This document shows positions 48,297 through 58,003 of a stretch of DNA of 64,000 nt, piece by piece. Below the pieces are notes generated by a model. It was not told the DNA's origin. It worked only from the letters and a program-made list of their open reading frames with translations, and searched no databases. The DNA comes from Nannocystales bacterium (GTDB lineage Bacteria; Myxococcota_A; Polyangia; Nannocystales; Nannocystaceae). The position numbers and the translations under genes were made by a program. Numbering within the stretch: the stretch's first letter is position 1; every line of letters begins with the position of its first letter. The DNA lies in the NCBI GenBank assembly GCA_050633305.1, contig JBOEGF010000010.1, positions 640,001 to 704,000 on the forward strand, given 5' to 3'.

Positions 48297-49316
48297 GTGA
48301 GGGGATTGATTCGAAGGATTGCGTTGGTCGCGCTCGGTCTCTCGGCGTGCGCCGACGGGGAGGGCAGTGCAGCCGGGTTCGCGGGAGCGACGGGATCCGA
48401 CTCGAGTGGGGGCTCAGCGCCGAGCAGCGACAGCGGCGCCTCGAGTGGAGGGGTCCCTGCGACCTCCGGGACGTCGAGCGGCACCCCCTCCGGTACGGTC
48501 TCTTCGTCGGGGCCCGGCGACAGCGACGGGTCCAGCACGGGGTCGACTTCGGGTGCAGGAGACTGCGTGCCTCATACGCCGTGGCTCTACGCTGACTTCG
48601 AGGCTCCGGCCCCCGGCGGCAGCCTGAGCGACAACAGCCCGTTCAACACAGCGGGCCGTACCGTAACCACAGACCTCCAAGCCTACGCGGGGGCTCAGGC
48701 AGCGCAGATGGAGATCCGCAGCGGTGACGCGGGTGGGTTCGGTCAGTGGGGCGGCGTGGTTTCGCTGCCGGATCTACCCGAGGGCGAGACGATCTGGGTT
48801 CGGTTGTGGGCGTACTGGCCGAGCGACTTCGAGTTTTCCGCGGCACCGTGGATGAAGTTCATCCGACTCCACAACCGAATGGCGGATGGGAGCAACGGTG
48901 GCTACAACGATCTGTATATCGACAACGCCGATGGTCCCGACTCGGTGCTTCGAGTCATCAAAGAAACCCACGACGTGTGGGAGGTCTATGACGGAGACCC
49001 GATCCCGCGGGAGCTCTGGGAGCGGTACGAAATGCAGATCGTCGTGGACGACACCCCTGTCGATGACGGGGGCGAGGCCCGATTCCGAGTGTGGCGGGAC
49101 GACGCCCTGATTTTCGACCGAACCGATGTCCCGACCGTGAACGGCGAAGGCGGCGTGCTCGACGGGCTGTACCTCTTCACCTACTGGAACAACGAGATGC
49201 CGCCGGACAACCAAATGTACATCGACGAACTCGCGATCACGTTCGGCGACAACCCGCCGCCCTCAGTCGACGAGCGCGGGTTGCCCTACTTTGGCGACTG
49301 GCTGCCCTGCCGTTGA
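48297..49316 (+). CDS. Lipoprotein with S/G/T linker and ConA/LamG-like (polysaccharide lyase-like) beta-sandwich
   Basis: Lipobox LSAC; 'IWVRLWAYWP..KFIRL..W..YEMQI..RVWRD..YWN..MYIDEL'. Confidence 0.65.
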   Translation: MRGLIRRIALVALGLSACADGEGSAAGFAGATGSDSSGGSAPSSDSGASSGGVPATSGTSSGTPSGTVSSSGPGDSDGSSTGSTSGAGDCVPHTPWLYADFEAPAPGGSLSDNSPFNTAGRTVTTDLQAYAGAQAAQMEIRSGDAGGFGQWGGVVSLPDLPEGETIWVRLWAYWPSDFEFSAAPWMKFIRLHNRMADGSNGGYNDLYIDNADGPDSVLRVIKETHDVWEVYDGDPIPRELWERYEMQIVVDDTPVDDGGEARFRVWRDDALIFDRTDVPTVNGEGGVLDGLYLFTYWNNEMPPDNQMYIDELAITFGDNPPPSVDERGLPYFGDWLPCR

Positions 49317-49329
49317 GGAGCCCGAACCG

Positions 49330-50559
49330 TCAGCCTGGCAAGATCGTCTCGCAGCCGAAGCCGATGTTGATCACGCCATCTTCGATCCCCTGAATCGTCT
49401 TGCAGCTCTGGGGGCACAGGAAGATTTGGGTCGGGTCGGCCGGGTCGTCGTAGTACCAGCCATCCGGCACGAGGCCGCAGCCCTCGAGGTCGTCCACGCG
49501 CGGGATCGCATCGAGTCCACCCATCGCAGAGCCGACCTCCACGTTGACCTCGTCGGGATCGAGGACCTCACCCGCCGGCGGGTCGGGGATGGGGAACTCG
49601 CAGGCGACTTGGGCCCCATCGAGGACGGCGGTGGTCAGCGCGTCGAAAACGGCCTGGAAGTCCTGGTCGCACAGATCCGCGGCGATGCCCCCGGTCGCGA
49701 TGGACAGGTCGATGTAGTCCTGCCCGATGCTTGCAGCGCTGTCGCAGTCGGAGTGGGAGACGACCGAGTGATGGAAGTAGCCCTCGTAGTTCGCGTCGAG
49801 CGCGAGGAAGTCCGTGTCGAAGTCATCATCGGACATGTTCGGATCGTCGTCGCTGATGATCACGACGTGCTTGGACGAGTTCTTGCGAATCGATGGCTGC
49901 CAATCGGTGAAGCTATCGAGCAGGTCATCCCACGCGTCGTGACTGCCAACGCGGATATCGAGGTGGCGGAAGATGGGGAGATTGGTGTCGTTGTCCGGGC
50001 AGTCCCCGACGCCCAGTGGCGCATCGATGCAGATACCGTTGCCGTTGTCGGGGTAGCTGGAGATGAGGACCACCTGAGCATCGACGCCGCTGTCGAGGAT
50101 CTGGGTACTGAAGTCGTTGAGCCGCTCCTGCACCTCGGTCGCCTCAAACGACATCGACCCCGAGTTGTCGACGACGAAGATGATGTCAGCGGGCAGCGGT
50201 ACGAGCTCGGCCTCGGCGCTGACGGCCGCACACTCGGCCTCTCCGGTGCTGCTCTCCGCCTCGCTGTCCGAGCTTTGCACCCCGGTCGTTCCGCTGGTCG
50301 GGTCTGTGTCTGACGCCGGGGATGTTGTGCTCGAGGCGGTGGTGCTTCCCGTGCTTCCCGTCGCGGTCGCCGAGTCGCTCTCGGCCGTGTCACTGGCCTG
50401 GGTGGAGCCGTCGGTCCCCGGCGTGTCCGTTTGCCCGGCGGTCACGATGCCGTCGGTTGCCGAGTCGCCAGCCGAGCCTCCGTTGCCGCTCGTTGTTCCA
50501 CAGCCTGTGGCGAGCAGAAGTGCAGCGGCGGGTCCCCATGTCCTCAGTGTCAGTCGCAT
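49330..50559 (-). CDS. von Willebrand factor A domain lipoprotein with Cys-rich C-terminal domain
   Basis: Lipobox ATGC; S/T linker; MIDAS 'DIIFVVDNSGSM'; 'VIISDD'; 'GWYYD..LCPQSC..FGC'. Confidence 0.85.
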   Translation of the reverse strand: MRLTLRTWGPAAALLLATGCGTTSGNGGSAGDSATDGIVTAGQTDTPGTDGSTQASDTAESDSATATGSTGSTTASSTTSPASDTDPTSGTTGVQSSDSEAESSTGEAECAAVSAEAELVPLPADIIFVVDNSGSMSFEATEVQERLNDFSTQILDSGVDAQVVLISSYPDNGNGICIDAPLGVGDCPDNDTNLPIFRHLDIRVGSHDAWDDLLDSFTDWQPSIRKNSSKHVVIISDDDPNMSDDDFDTDFLALDANYEGYFHHSVVSHSDCDSAASIGQDYIDLSIATGGIAADLCDQDFQAVFDALTTAVLDGAQVACEFPIPDPPAGEVLDPDEVNVEVGSAMGGLDAIPRVDDLEGCGLVPDGWYYDDPADPTQIFLCPQSCKTIQGIEDGVINIGFGCETILPG

Positions 50560-50642
50560 CCACCAGCCACGGTATGCGCTCGGTGCAAATCTCTTCGGCA
50601 ATCGAAACTACAATTGCCGGCGTTTCCCAAAAACGACCGGTG

Positions 50643-51026
50643 TCACTGCTGCGCGCGATGTTCTCGCAATGCCGCCGTTGAACCGCCGACAAGTGAGACC
50701 AACGCCCCGATCGCCACACCCTGGGGACTGACCGGGAGGTAGAGCATCACGATTGCCAGTCCGCCGAGGATCAGAGGCCACTTCACCAGCATGGTCACTG
50801 GCAGGGTCCACTTGGAGCCCCGGTGCTCGTCTGGATTGGCGAACATCTTCTGCATCGAGCGCCCCAGCAGGATGAAGTTGAGCGCGCCGAGGGCGGAACC
50901 GCACAGGATGCCCAGCGCGGTCGAGAAGTCCCACATGAACCAGGCGACCAGCATCACCGGGACGGTGAGTGCGACCGTCCATTGAAGGATGCGAGAGAGC
51001 AGGCGGCTGCGGGCTTGATCGTTCAT
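50643..51026 (-). CDS. atpI: ATP synthase subunit I (AtpI-like, 4 TM)
   Basis: 'GILCGSALGALNFILL..LVKWPL'; four hydrophobic segments; ATGA overlap with atpZ-like gene. Confidence 0.75.
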   Translation of the reverse strand: MNDQARSRLLSRILQWTVALTVPVMLVAWFMWDFSTALGILCGSALGALNFILLGRSMQKMFANPDEHRGSKWTLPVTMLVKWPLILGGLAIVMLYLPVSPQGVAIGALVSLVGGSTAALREHRAQQ

Positions 51027-51361
51027 GGCAAAGGGTCGCGTTTCGCCGAGGGCTCGGATTCAGAATCTGTTTCTGCCTGCGCGCGCTCGAAGGCGTCTTG
51101 TTCGCGGAGCTGGCGAGTGTACTTTCGAGCGGTCCGCACGATCGCGCGCGCTGCGGTCGCAACCCCGAGCATCATCCCGATCACCGAAGTCCACGGCGAC
51201 CAGTGGGTGACGTTCTTCTCGAGCCACATCCCGGCTGCGGCACCGAGCACGACCGACACGGCGATCTCGATGCCCAGGGACGAAGCGTCCATGTAGCGGT
51301 ACCACGTGGCCGGCTTGTGCGGCGCCTCTGGCTCGGGATCGGACAACTTGTCTCGGAGCAT
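51023..51361 (-). CDS. AtpZ/AtpI (ATPase gene 1) family protein
   Basis: 'SLGIEIAVSVVLGAAAGMWLEK..SPW..IGMMLGVATA'. Confidence 0.8.
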   Translation of the reverse strand: MLRDKLSDPEPEAPHKPATWYRYMDASSLGIEIAVSVVLGAAAGMWLEKNVTHWSPWTSVIGMMLGVATAARAIVRTARKYTRQLREQDAFERAQAETDSESEPSAKRDPLP

Positions 51362-51556
51362 GGCACCGACCCGGGTCCCCGACAAACCTTCGCGCCGCGG
51401 GGCCTTCTAAAGATCGCTTCATCGCGTCGGAGGTGCCCGCCGTCTACCGCCCGCCGGTACGCGCAGCCGCGGTAAGACGCCGAGCCCGGGGGTTGATCTA
51501 CGGTGAGCTTGCGCTCGGAGTGGATCTGCGACGTGCACGGCGAGGGTGGGAGCACG

Positions 51557-53110
51557 ATGAAGAAAACCCAAGGAATACTCGGCAATAGGGCGATTCGACA
51601 GGCAGGAGGGCGTCGGAGCGGACGTTGGGGCCGTCGCGACTTTCTTCGCGCAGCCGGCGTGTGCTCGGGCGCGGGATTGCTCTCTGGTCTGCTTCCCATG
51701 CTGCGTGCGACTGCCGCCGGTCCTGGTGCTCGACAGCTGTTCATCATCGGGGCCGCGCAAGGCACGGACATGACGACGTGGCGGCCAGAGTCCCCCGACC
51801 TCGTGACCGATGGGCTGCCGTACCAACACGAGCCGCTGCAGGACTACCTGCAGAACATCATGATCCTCGATGGGATCGACAACATCTCTGCGTTCACGAC
51901 GGACTCCGAAGGCATGCCCCCCAACGGTGGCCACGAGGGAACCGGAGCGTTGCTGACCGGGACGACCGTGCGACGTGTCGGCGACCGAGAGGTCTACAAC
52001 GGGCCCTCGGTCGACGAGATCTTGGGTCGCCGCATCGAGGAGCGTTGCATCGAACTCGGCGAAACGCCTCCTCCGATTCGTGCGCTTCGCATCGGGCGTG
52101 CGAAGGGGCTCGCCGACGACAATGCACCCGACGTTCCGGGTTCGCTCGCGAGCTACAACAGCTTCTTCTGGCAGGACCCCCTCGTCTCTGCACCCATGCT
52201 GTGGGGTCCGTGGTTCGCCTACGAGGCGATGTTCGCGAACCTGGGGGTGAGCGAGGACGAACTGCGACGCTTGCGAGCCAAGCAGCGCAGCGTCCTCGAT
52301 GCGTTGACCGGCGAGTTGGGTCGGGTGCGCGGTGAGCTGGTCGTCGAAGACCGCGACCGCGTCGACGCGCACCTCGAGGGAATCCGTGATCTCGAGCAGA
52401 AGCTCGACAACATCGTCGAGTGCGTTCCTCCGGACATCGGGGTCTCTCCTGATCACATCGGTCAGTGGTCCTCGACGCACATGAACGAAGTCGTGCTGGC
52501 GACATTCCAGGTGGTCAACACGGCGTTTGCGTGCGGGGTCACCAACGTCGCTGGGTATCAGGTCCGGCGCCAAGAGGGGGTTGCGGACGAACTCCTGGAA
52601 GATCCCGAGTATGCCGACACGTACGCGGGCATCAATTCGATGGACCTGCACGGTCAGGCGCACAGCATGCCGGCGGGTTGTGGCGCCAACTGTGGTGCGG
52701 GGGAAGATGTCCCCGAAGAACAGCGCGCCCTAGCGCGACAGTGTTACTCGGACCTCTGGCGTTGGACCACGTCGCGGATCAAGACCGGGTTCCTGGACGC
52801 CGTCCCCGACTTTGTTCGCGACAACATGATCGTCGTGCATCTGTCGGAGATGTCCGAGGGGGGAACGCACTCCAACTACAACGTGCCGGTCACCGTCTTT
52901 CAGGGAGACGATGTGGGCTACTTCGACACGGGGAGAGCCTACAAATGGGGTGGGTTCGATGTGTTCGAGAACTTCCGACCCTCAGACGACCCGGGCCAGC
53001 CCAGCACGAAGCTGTTGGTCTCGCTCTGCCACGCGATGGGGTTCGATGACATCGACCATGTGGGGGACGCGAGCTTCTCTACGGGTCCCTTGACGGAGGT
53101 GATGGCATGA
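51557..53110 (+). CDS. DUF1552-family protein with Tat-like signal
   Basis: GGGAG RBS; 'RRDFLRAAG'; 'PSVDEI', 'QRSVLD', 'DR.RVDAHLEGIRDLE', 'AFACGVTNVA', 'SEMSEG.TH'. Confidence 0.8.
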   Translation: MKKTQGILGNRAIRQAGGRRSGRWGRRDFLRAAGVCSGAGLLSGLLPMLRATAAGPGARQLFIIGAAQGTDMTTWRPESPDLVTDGLPYQHEPLQDYLQNIMILDGIDNISAFTTDSEGMPPNGGHEGTGALLTGTTVRRVGDREVYNGPSVDEILGRRIEERCIELGETPPPIRALRIGRAKGLADDNAPDVPGSLASYNSFFWQDPLVSAPMLWGPWFAYEAMFANLGVSEDELRRLRAKQRSVLDALTGELGRVRGELVVEDRDRVDAHLEGIRDLEQKLDNIVECVPPDIGVSPDHIGQWSSTHMNEVVLATFQVVNTAFACGVTNVAGYQVRRQEGVADELLEDPEYADTYAGINSMDLHGQAHSMPAGCGANCGAGEDVPEEQRALARQCYSDLWRWTTSRIKTGFLDAVPDFVRDNMIVVHLSEMSEGGTHSNYNVPVTVFQGDDVGYFDTGRAYKWGGFDVFENFRPSDDPGQPSTKLLVSLCHAMGFDDIDHVGDASFSTGPLTEVMA

Positions 53111-54810
53111 ACGCGCTTCGAAGAATCTCAGTGTTGTCCATCCTGTCGGTCCTCGCCGCAGGTTGTTATCAAGGTGTCGATGGCAGCGGACCTGCCGCGG
53201 CTGACACAGACGCTGGAAACGTCACGGCCGGGAGCTCAGGAGGAGCCGACACGGAACCGGGCGGTGGCGACGGCAGCGGTGGCGTGGACGGGTGCGAGGG
53301 TGCCTGCGCTGGCGAGGCGCCGATGCAGCTGATGCGTCGCAGCCAGGTGATCGGAGTGGTTCAGCAGGCGTTCGGGTCGAATGCAGACGCGGTTCCGTTC
53401 AACCTCGTTCCCGCGGACGCGTCCAGTGGCCTCTTCCCGGCGAACTATCTCCCTGCCGATGCGACGCGTGTGGAGGCGTACCACTCGTTTGCCGAGCGCG
53501 CAGCTGCGGAGCTTGTGCAGGCGATCGGCTGCGGAGACGAAGCGTGTGTCGAGGACGAGGTTCGCCGTGTCTTGCCGATCTTGTTCAAGCGAGAGGCGCT
53601 CGAGGAGGACCTGGAGATCTATTTGGGGCAGATGTCTCAGCCTCAGGACTACGACGGCGCCGCGTGGACGGCCAACGATGGCTTCACCCAGGTGCTCACG
53701 CTCGCCCTGCAGAGCCCCCAGTTCCTCTACCGCATTGAGGTCGGGGAGGAGACCGACGACCCGGCCGTCCGCCGTCTGACGGGGCACGAAATGGCCACCC
53801 GGCTTGCGCTGGCGCTGTGGAACCAGAGTCCCTCGGCCGAGCTTCGATCGCTTGCGGCCCAGGGCGAGCTGGATAGCGCAGAGGGCGTCGCGCAGGTTGT
53901 TCGCGACATGCTGTCGGACCCGCGTGCGGATGCGTTGGCGGTCGGCTTCTTCGAGGCCTACCTCGGCATCGACCACTTCGGCGAGCACGGCCGCTATCTC
54001 GAGGGAGCGCCGGTCGCCGAGGACTACCCCGGACTTCCAGGGGTCGCGGCAGACATGCAAGCGGAGACCGAGGCATTCGTCACTCATGTGATGCGTAGCG
54101 GCGGCTCGATGCGCGAACTGTTCGCCGCGGATTACTCCTTCGCCAGTGACGCGCTGGCGACGTACTACGGGCTCCCGGTCGGCTCCGAGCATGAGGACGG
54201 TCTGTTCCGCATCGAGCTGTCGAGCACGCCAGGCCGCGCAGGGGTGCTCTCCCATGGTGCGGTGTTGGGGGCCCACACGACCATCGAGCCCTACCGTGCA
54301 GCGCACCGCGGCACGTTCCTCGCGAAGAACGTGTTGTGCATCGAACTCCCGCCTCCGCCCGCGGACATTGTCATCCCCGACATCCCGGTCGACCTTCCGC
54401 CCCGCGAAGCGTTCGAGAAGATGACGGACTCGGAGACGTGCGCGGGCTGTCACAACATCATCAACCCGCTTGGCTTCCTCTTCGAGAACTTCGATGCCGG
54501 GGGCCGCTACGCCGACATCTACCCCGAGTTCGACACAGCCGTCGACGCAAGCGGGAGTCTTCCCAGTGGAGAAGACGTTGAGGGTGTTGCAGAGCTTGGC
54601 GCCACGCTCGCGGAGAATGAACTGGCTCAACGCTGCATGGCACGGCGGCTGTTCGAGTTCACGCTCGAGCGAACGCCGGAGGCTCGTGACGACGCCTATA
54701 TCGACGAGGCCTACGCTCAGCTCGTCGATTCGGACCTGGACCTTCGCGAAGTGATCGTCTCGGTGCTCAGCTCTGACGCGAGCCGTCTCCGCGTCTTGCC
54801 GGAGGGCTGA
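53107..54810 (+). CDS. DUF1592/DUF1588/DUF1595-family lipoprotein with a c-type heme motif
   Basis: Lipobox AAGC; 'LQSPQFLYR.E', 'EMATRLALALW..P', 'RAGVLS', 'HRG..LC..LPPPP', CAGCH, 'NPLGF.FENFD..GR'; ATGA overlap. Confidence 0.85.
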   Translation: MNALRRISVLSILSVLAAGCYQGVDGSGPAAADTDAGNVTAGSSGGADTEPGGGDGSGGVDGCEGACAGEAPMQLMRRSQVIGVVQQAFGSNADAVPFNLVPADASSGLFPANYLPADATRVEAYHSFAERAAAELVQAIGCGDEACVEDEVRRVLPILFKREALEEDLEIYLGQMSQPQDYDGAAWTANDGFTQVLTLALQSPQFLYRIEVGEETDDPAVRRLTGHEMATRLALALWNQSPSAELRSLAAQGELDSAEGVAQVVRDMLSDPRADALAVGFFEAYLGIDHFGEHGRYLEGAPVAEDYPGLPGVAADMQAETEAFVTHVMRSGGSMRELFAADYSFASDALATYYGLPVGSEHEDGLFRIELSSTPGRAGVLSHGAVLGAHTTIEPYRAAHRGTFLAKNVLCIELPPPPADIVIPDIPVDLPPREAFEKMTDSETCAGCHNIINPLGFLFENFDAGGRYADIYPEFDTAVDASGSLPSGEDVEGVAELGATLAENELAQRCMARRLFEFTLERTPEARDDAYIDEAYAQLVDSDLDLREVIVSVLSSDASRLRVLPEG

Positions 54811-54867
54811 GCCTGGGGGCTGAGCCGTGGCGCGCCCCGATGCGCCCTGGCTTGCTCCCTTGGAGGG

Positions 54868-56124
54868 CTACTTCTTTTTGCCCTTCTTCTTTTTCTTCTT
54901 CTTTTTGCCCTTCTTCTTTTTCTTCTTCTTTGCCGTGTCGGTCTCGGGGGCGGGCTCAGGCTCAGGCTTCGGTGGTTTGGGCTTGGTGTCCGCTGGCGCA
55001 GGCTTGGCGTCGGCGGGTTTGGGCTTCGCGGGTGCCGGCTCGGTGTCGGGTTGCGTCGGTGGGGGGCTCGGCTTTTCGCTTCCGGAGCTGGGCTTCGTCG
55101 TGCCCTTCGTGCCTCCCTTGCTGCTGACCGGCTCCCCTGTCTCGAGGTCCAGGCGCACCGTCTTGCCGCCCGCTCGTACGGAGACCGCACCGCTGCCGAC
55201 GTTGAGCGACTTGCAGTCCAGGGACGGCGTCTCGTTCGGGCGCACGTTGCCGTAGCTGTCGGGCAACGTCTGCGTCCACTCCGCGGTTCGGTCGCTGAGG
55301 GACCAAGCGGTCACGGAGCGCTCGGTTGCGATCACGAGCGTGTCCCCATCGCATCCCATGCCGAGTGGGAATCGACCTCGCGTGTACTCGTTGGCCGGGG
55401 CAGTCTTGGACGTGGTCGGCAGCGTGAAGGGCGTCCCACTGCCGGCCTTGGCGGCGAACGCCAGCTCCATCGTGTGACGGGTTCCCGAGCTTGTGATGCG
55501 GGTGCCTCCGCCCGACGCTCGCAGGTGGAGCTCGACGGTCCCAGCCTTGGCGCGGCACGAGCAGCCCTTGAGCTTTTGGAAGGTGTCCAACGATGTTCCT
55601 TCGCCCGCCGAATTGGCCTGCGAATCGTCTGCATCGGTCGTCGGTTTGTCCGCCTCCGCGCTGGGTGAGGTCGGGGCGGTGAGGGCGGAGCGCGACGTCC
55701 GGGGCACGACCTGCGTCGGTGCCTCGGGCTTCTTCGTCGATCCGGTGGCACGGGCCATCGCATCCGATGCCGCTCTTTGGCTGGCCTGGGTCGCTTGGTG
55801 CGACTGCCAGAACGACACGCCCGCCCCAACGAGCGGCACACCGAACGCAAACAGCATGATGACGGCCGACATGCATCCCGTCCGGCGTGGGGCTACGACC
55901 TGAACTTGGACCGGGGCAACCGTCGGGGCATGAACCTGTGGCCCGTACGAGTTGACGGGCACATTGAGGGGCCGCGGTGGAGGCGGCGGTGCGGGCGGGG
56001 GGGCCTGGGGCTGCTGCTTACGGACGAACGTCGTGGAGCAGTGGTTGCATTCGTAGTTGCCTCCGCCGCGGAGCGTCACGTCGGTCGACGCGCAGGACGG
56101 GCATTGAATCGCGAGGAACGCCAC
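54868..56124 (-). CDS. Bitopic membrane protein: N-terminal zinc ribbon, Pro-rich linker, TM, extracytoplasmic beta domain, poly-Lys tail
   Basis: CPSC..CNHC; poly-P; TM 'AVIMLFAFGVPLVGAGVSFW'; start GTG 56124 or ATG 56151. Confidence 0.72.
   Translation of the reverse strand: MAFLAIQCPSCASTDVTLRGGGNYECNHCSTTFVRKQQPQAPPPAPPPPPRPLNVPVNSYGPQVHAPTVAPVQVQVVAPRRTGCMSAVIMLFAFGVPLVGAGVSFWQSHQATQASQRAASDAMARATGSTKKPEAPTQVVPRTSRSALTAPTSPSAEADKPTTDADDSQANSAGEGTSLDTFQKLKGCSCRAKAGTVELHLRASGGGTRITSSGTRHTMELAFAAKAGSGTPFTLPTTSKTAPANEYTRGRFPLGMGCDGDTLVIATERSVTAWSLSDRTAEWTQTLPDSYGNVRPNETPSLDCKSLNVGSGAVSVRAGGKTVRLDLETGEPVSSKGGTKGTTKPSSGSEKPSPPPTQPDTEPAPAKPKPADAKPAPADTKPKPPKPEPEPAPETDTAKKKKKKKGKKKKKKKKGKKK
54871..54924. 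repeat. Exact 27-bp tandem duplication encoding the poly-Lys tail
   Basis: (cttctttttgcccttcttctttttctt)x2. Confidence 0.85.
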
Positions 56125-56248
56125 GGGACTGGCCGCATGGTAGCGCGTCATGGTGGGGCTGCGGGATCGGGGCGCCGGTCCAGTGGCTTGGCTCCACGTT
56201 GTGCTTTGCCGCGGCCCACGTGCGCGCCGAGTGCACGCTTGTGAGGCA

Positions 56249-58003
56249 TCACGGACTCCAGGCTTCGATGCGGTCCGTACCAATCACGATGGCGTCCCCC
56301 ACACCGATCGGGGATGTGTACTTGCCCGAGGGTCCAGCAGTGTCCCCGGACCAAAGCAGCCGGAGATCGCTGGCCGCAAACGCGTAGAGCCGAGGGTGGG
56401 GCGTCCCCGGGTCGAGCAGGGGGGCCGAGCGGGGCGCATTTCGATCGAGGACCCACAGCGTCGCATCGTCCCCAGCCCCCGTGACGATTGGGGATCCCGG
56501 GTTGTGCATGACCACTTGCTCGTTGAGGGCAACCTGCTCGAGAAACGCTTGCCCATCATCGGCAATCGCGACGCCCAGCTTGACGACGGACGGGGCCACG
56601 CTTGTGGTCGACTCCGGGCTCTGCTTGGCGGTTCCGCTTGCGAAGAGGAACCGGTTGCCTTGCGCGTCGCTCCACTCCACCAGCTTCGTCCGCATCTTCG
56701 CGTGGTCGATCTCGCCGAACTCGTCCGAGTAGGGACCGAAGACACTCAGAGGCCCGCGTGCATCGAACTGCGGCTGGGGGCTCGGTGGGTGCAGGGACAC
56801 GTCGGCAGCTGCGTCCGCGGAGCATGGCCCGCGGCCCTCCCCCGCGGTGGGAATGGCGTCGACGTTGAGCAGGTAGACGACGCCCTGCTTGCCACCGAAG
56901 GCGATGAGGTTGGGGGTGGAGGACGCGGGCATGGGCGAGAGCCTGTGGGGTTGGCTCGCGCCGAGGTCCATGTTTCCTTCATCGAGAATGCAGTAGTTGA
57001 ACGGGGAGTACGCGCGCTCGAGGTTGAGGTCCGCGTCCAGCTGCAGCAACGAGTTGCCCCACACCCCGGGCGTGTTTCCGGTCCCCGGAGGACTGTTTCC
57101 GGTGGTCGCCCAGACCCGGCCGTCGTCGTCGACGAGCGGGCCCGCGGAGCCCCAGATGCCACCGCTGCTGTCCATCTCCGTGGAGGGGGCCGAAGAGAAT
57201 GCGGAGGAAATCGAGGCCGTGGTTGCATCGATGTTGACCAGCCACCCGACGCCGCTGCCCCGGTACGTCCCAAACGGGACGTAGACGTGAGCGCCGTCGG
57301 GAGACAGTGCCAGGGCCCCACGCTGCGACATTGTGCTGGGGTGCTGGAACTTGGCCGGCCCGTTGGTGTTGACCTCTGCGAGGCCCGCATCGTCGATCGT
57401 GACGGGCCAGCCGGCGGTTTCAGTTCCGTCGCGCAAGGACAGTGCGTGGAGCTGCCAGCCGGCGCGGCCGTCGTAGGCGGAGACGTAGAGGGTCGCCGAG
57501 GCTTCGTCGATCACGGGCGTGGACAGCACCCCGAGCGGCACGCCTTGGTCCAAGTGGTCGATCGGCACGGCATCGCTGACGCGGGTGCGCCACAGGATGC
57601 GCCCAGGCTGCGCACAGTCATCCGCGCCGATGGCGTACACCCACCCGTTGGTCGTCGCGGTGTAGACCACGTCCGTGGTTCCTTCGAAGTCCTCGCTGTC
57701 GATCGGTTGCGCAGGGACAAAGAGCGGAGAGCCGTAGACGAGCGGCGGGTAGATCACGCCGTCGAACTCGAGGGTGTGAAAGGGGGCGGATGCCCAGCGC
57801 AGTTGCATGCCCGTGTCCCCGATGGTCCTTGCCTGAAGGGACCCGCCGCCTGCATAGCTTCCGGTTCGTTCATGCCCGTGAAACCGGGTCGTGGACACTC
57901 GAACGCTGACCCCTTCGCACACCTCGCTCGGTGGCCCCGTGGGAGCGCAGCCAAGCACGGCGAACAGCGGGGCCCACAACAAAGGCCGGACCGTCACGAG
58001 CAT
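56249..58003 (-). CDS. PQQ-like beta-propeller lipoprotein
   Basis: Lipobox VLGC; 'LVYGSPLFV', 'GVLSTPVID', 'GGIWGS', 'TTGN', 'DLGAS', 'GKQG.VYLL', 'KYTSP'. Confidence 0.75.
   Translation of the reverse strand: MLVTVRPLLWAPLFAVLGCAPTGPPSEVCEGVSVRVSTTRFHGHERTGSYAGGGSLQARTIGDTGMQLRWASAPFHTLEFDGVIYPPLVYGSPLFVPAQPIDSEDFEGTTDVVYTATTNGWVYAIGADDCAQPGRILWRTRVSDAVPIDHLDQGVPLGVLSTPVIDEASATLYVSAYDGRAGWQLHALSLRDGTETAGWPVTIDDAGLAEVNTNGPAKFQHPSTMSQRGALALSPDGAHVYVPFGTYRGSGVGWLVNIDATTASISSAFSSAPSTEMDSSGGIWGSAGPLVDDDGRVWATTGNSPPGTGNTPGVWGNSLLQLDADLNLERAYSPFNYCILDEGNMDLGASQPHRLSPMPASSTPNLIAFGGKQGVVYLLNVDAIPTAGEGRGPCSADAAADVSLHPPSPQPQFDARGPLSVFGPYSDEFGEIDHAKMRTKLVEWSDAQGNRFLFASGTAKQSPESTTSVAPSVVKLGVAIADDGQAFLEQVALNEQVVMHNPGSPIVTGAGDDATLWVLDRNAPRSAPLLDPGTPHPRLYAFAASDLRLLWSGDTAGPSGKYTSPIGVGDAIVIGTDRIEAWSP

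Noticed and set aside
49330..50559. Calling the vWA lipoprotein cglB (gliding adhesin)
   Set aside because: vWA lipoproteins are a large paralogous family in these organisms and no glt/agl cluster is adjacent; orthology cannot be supported.
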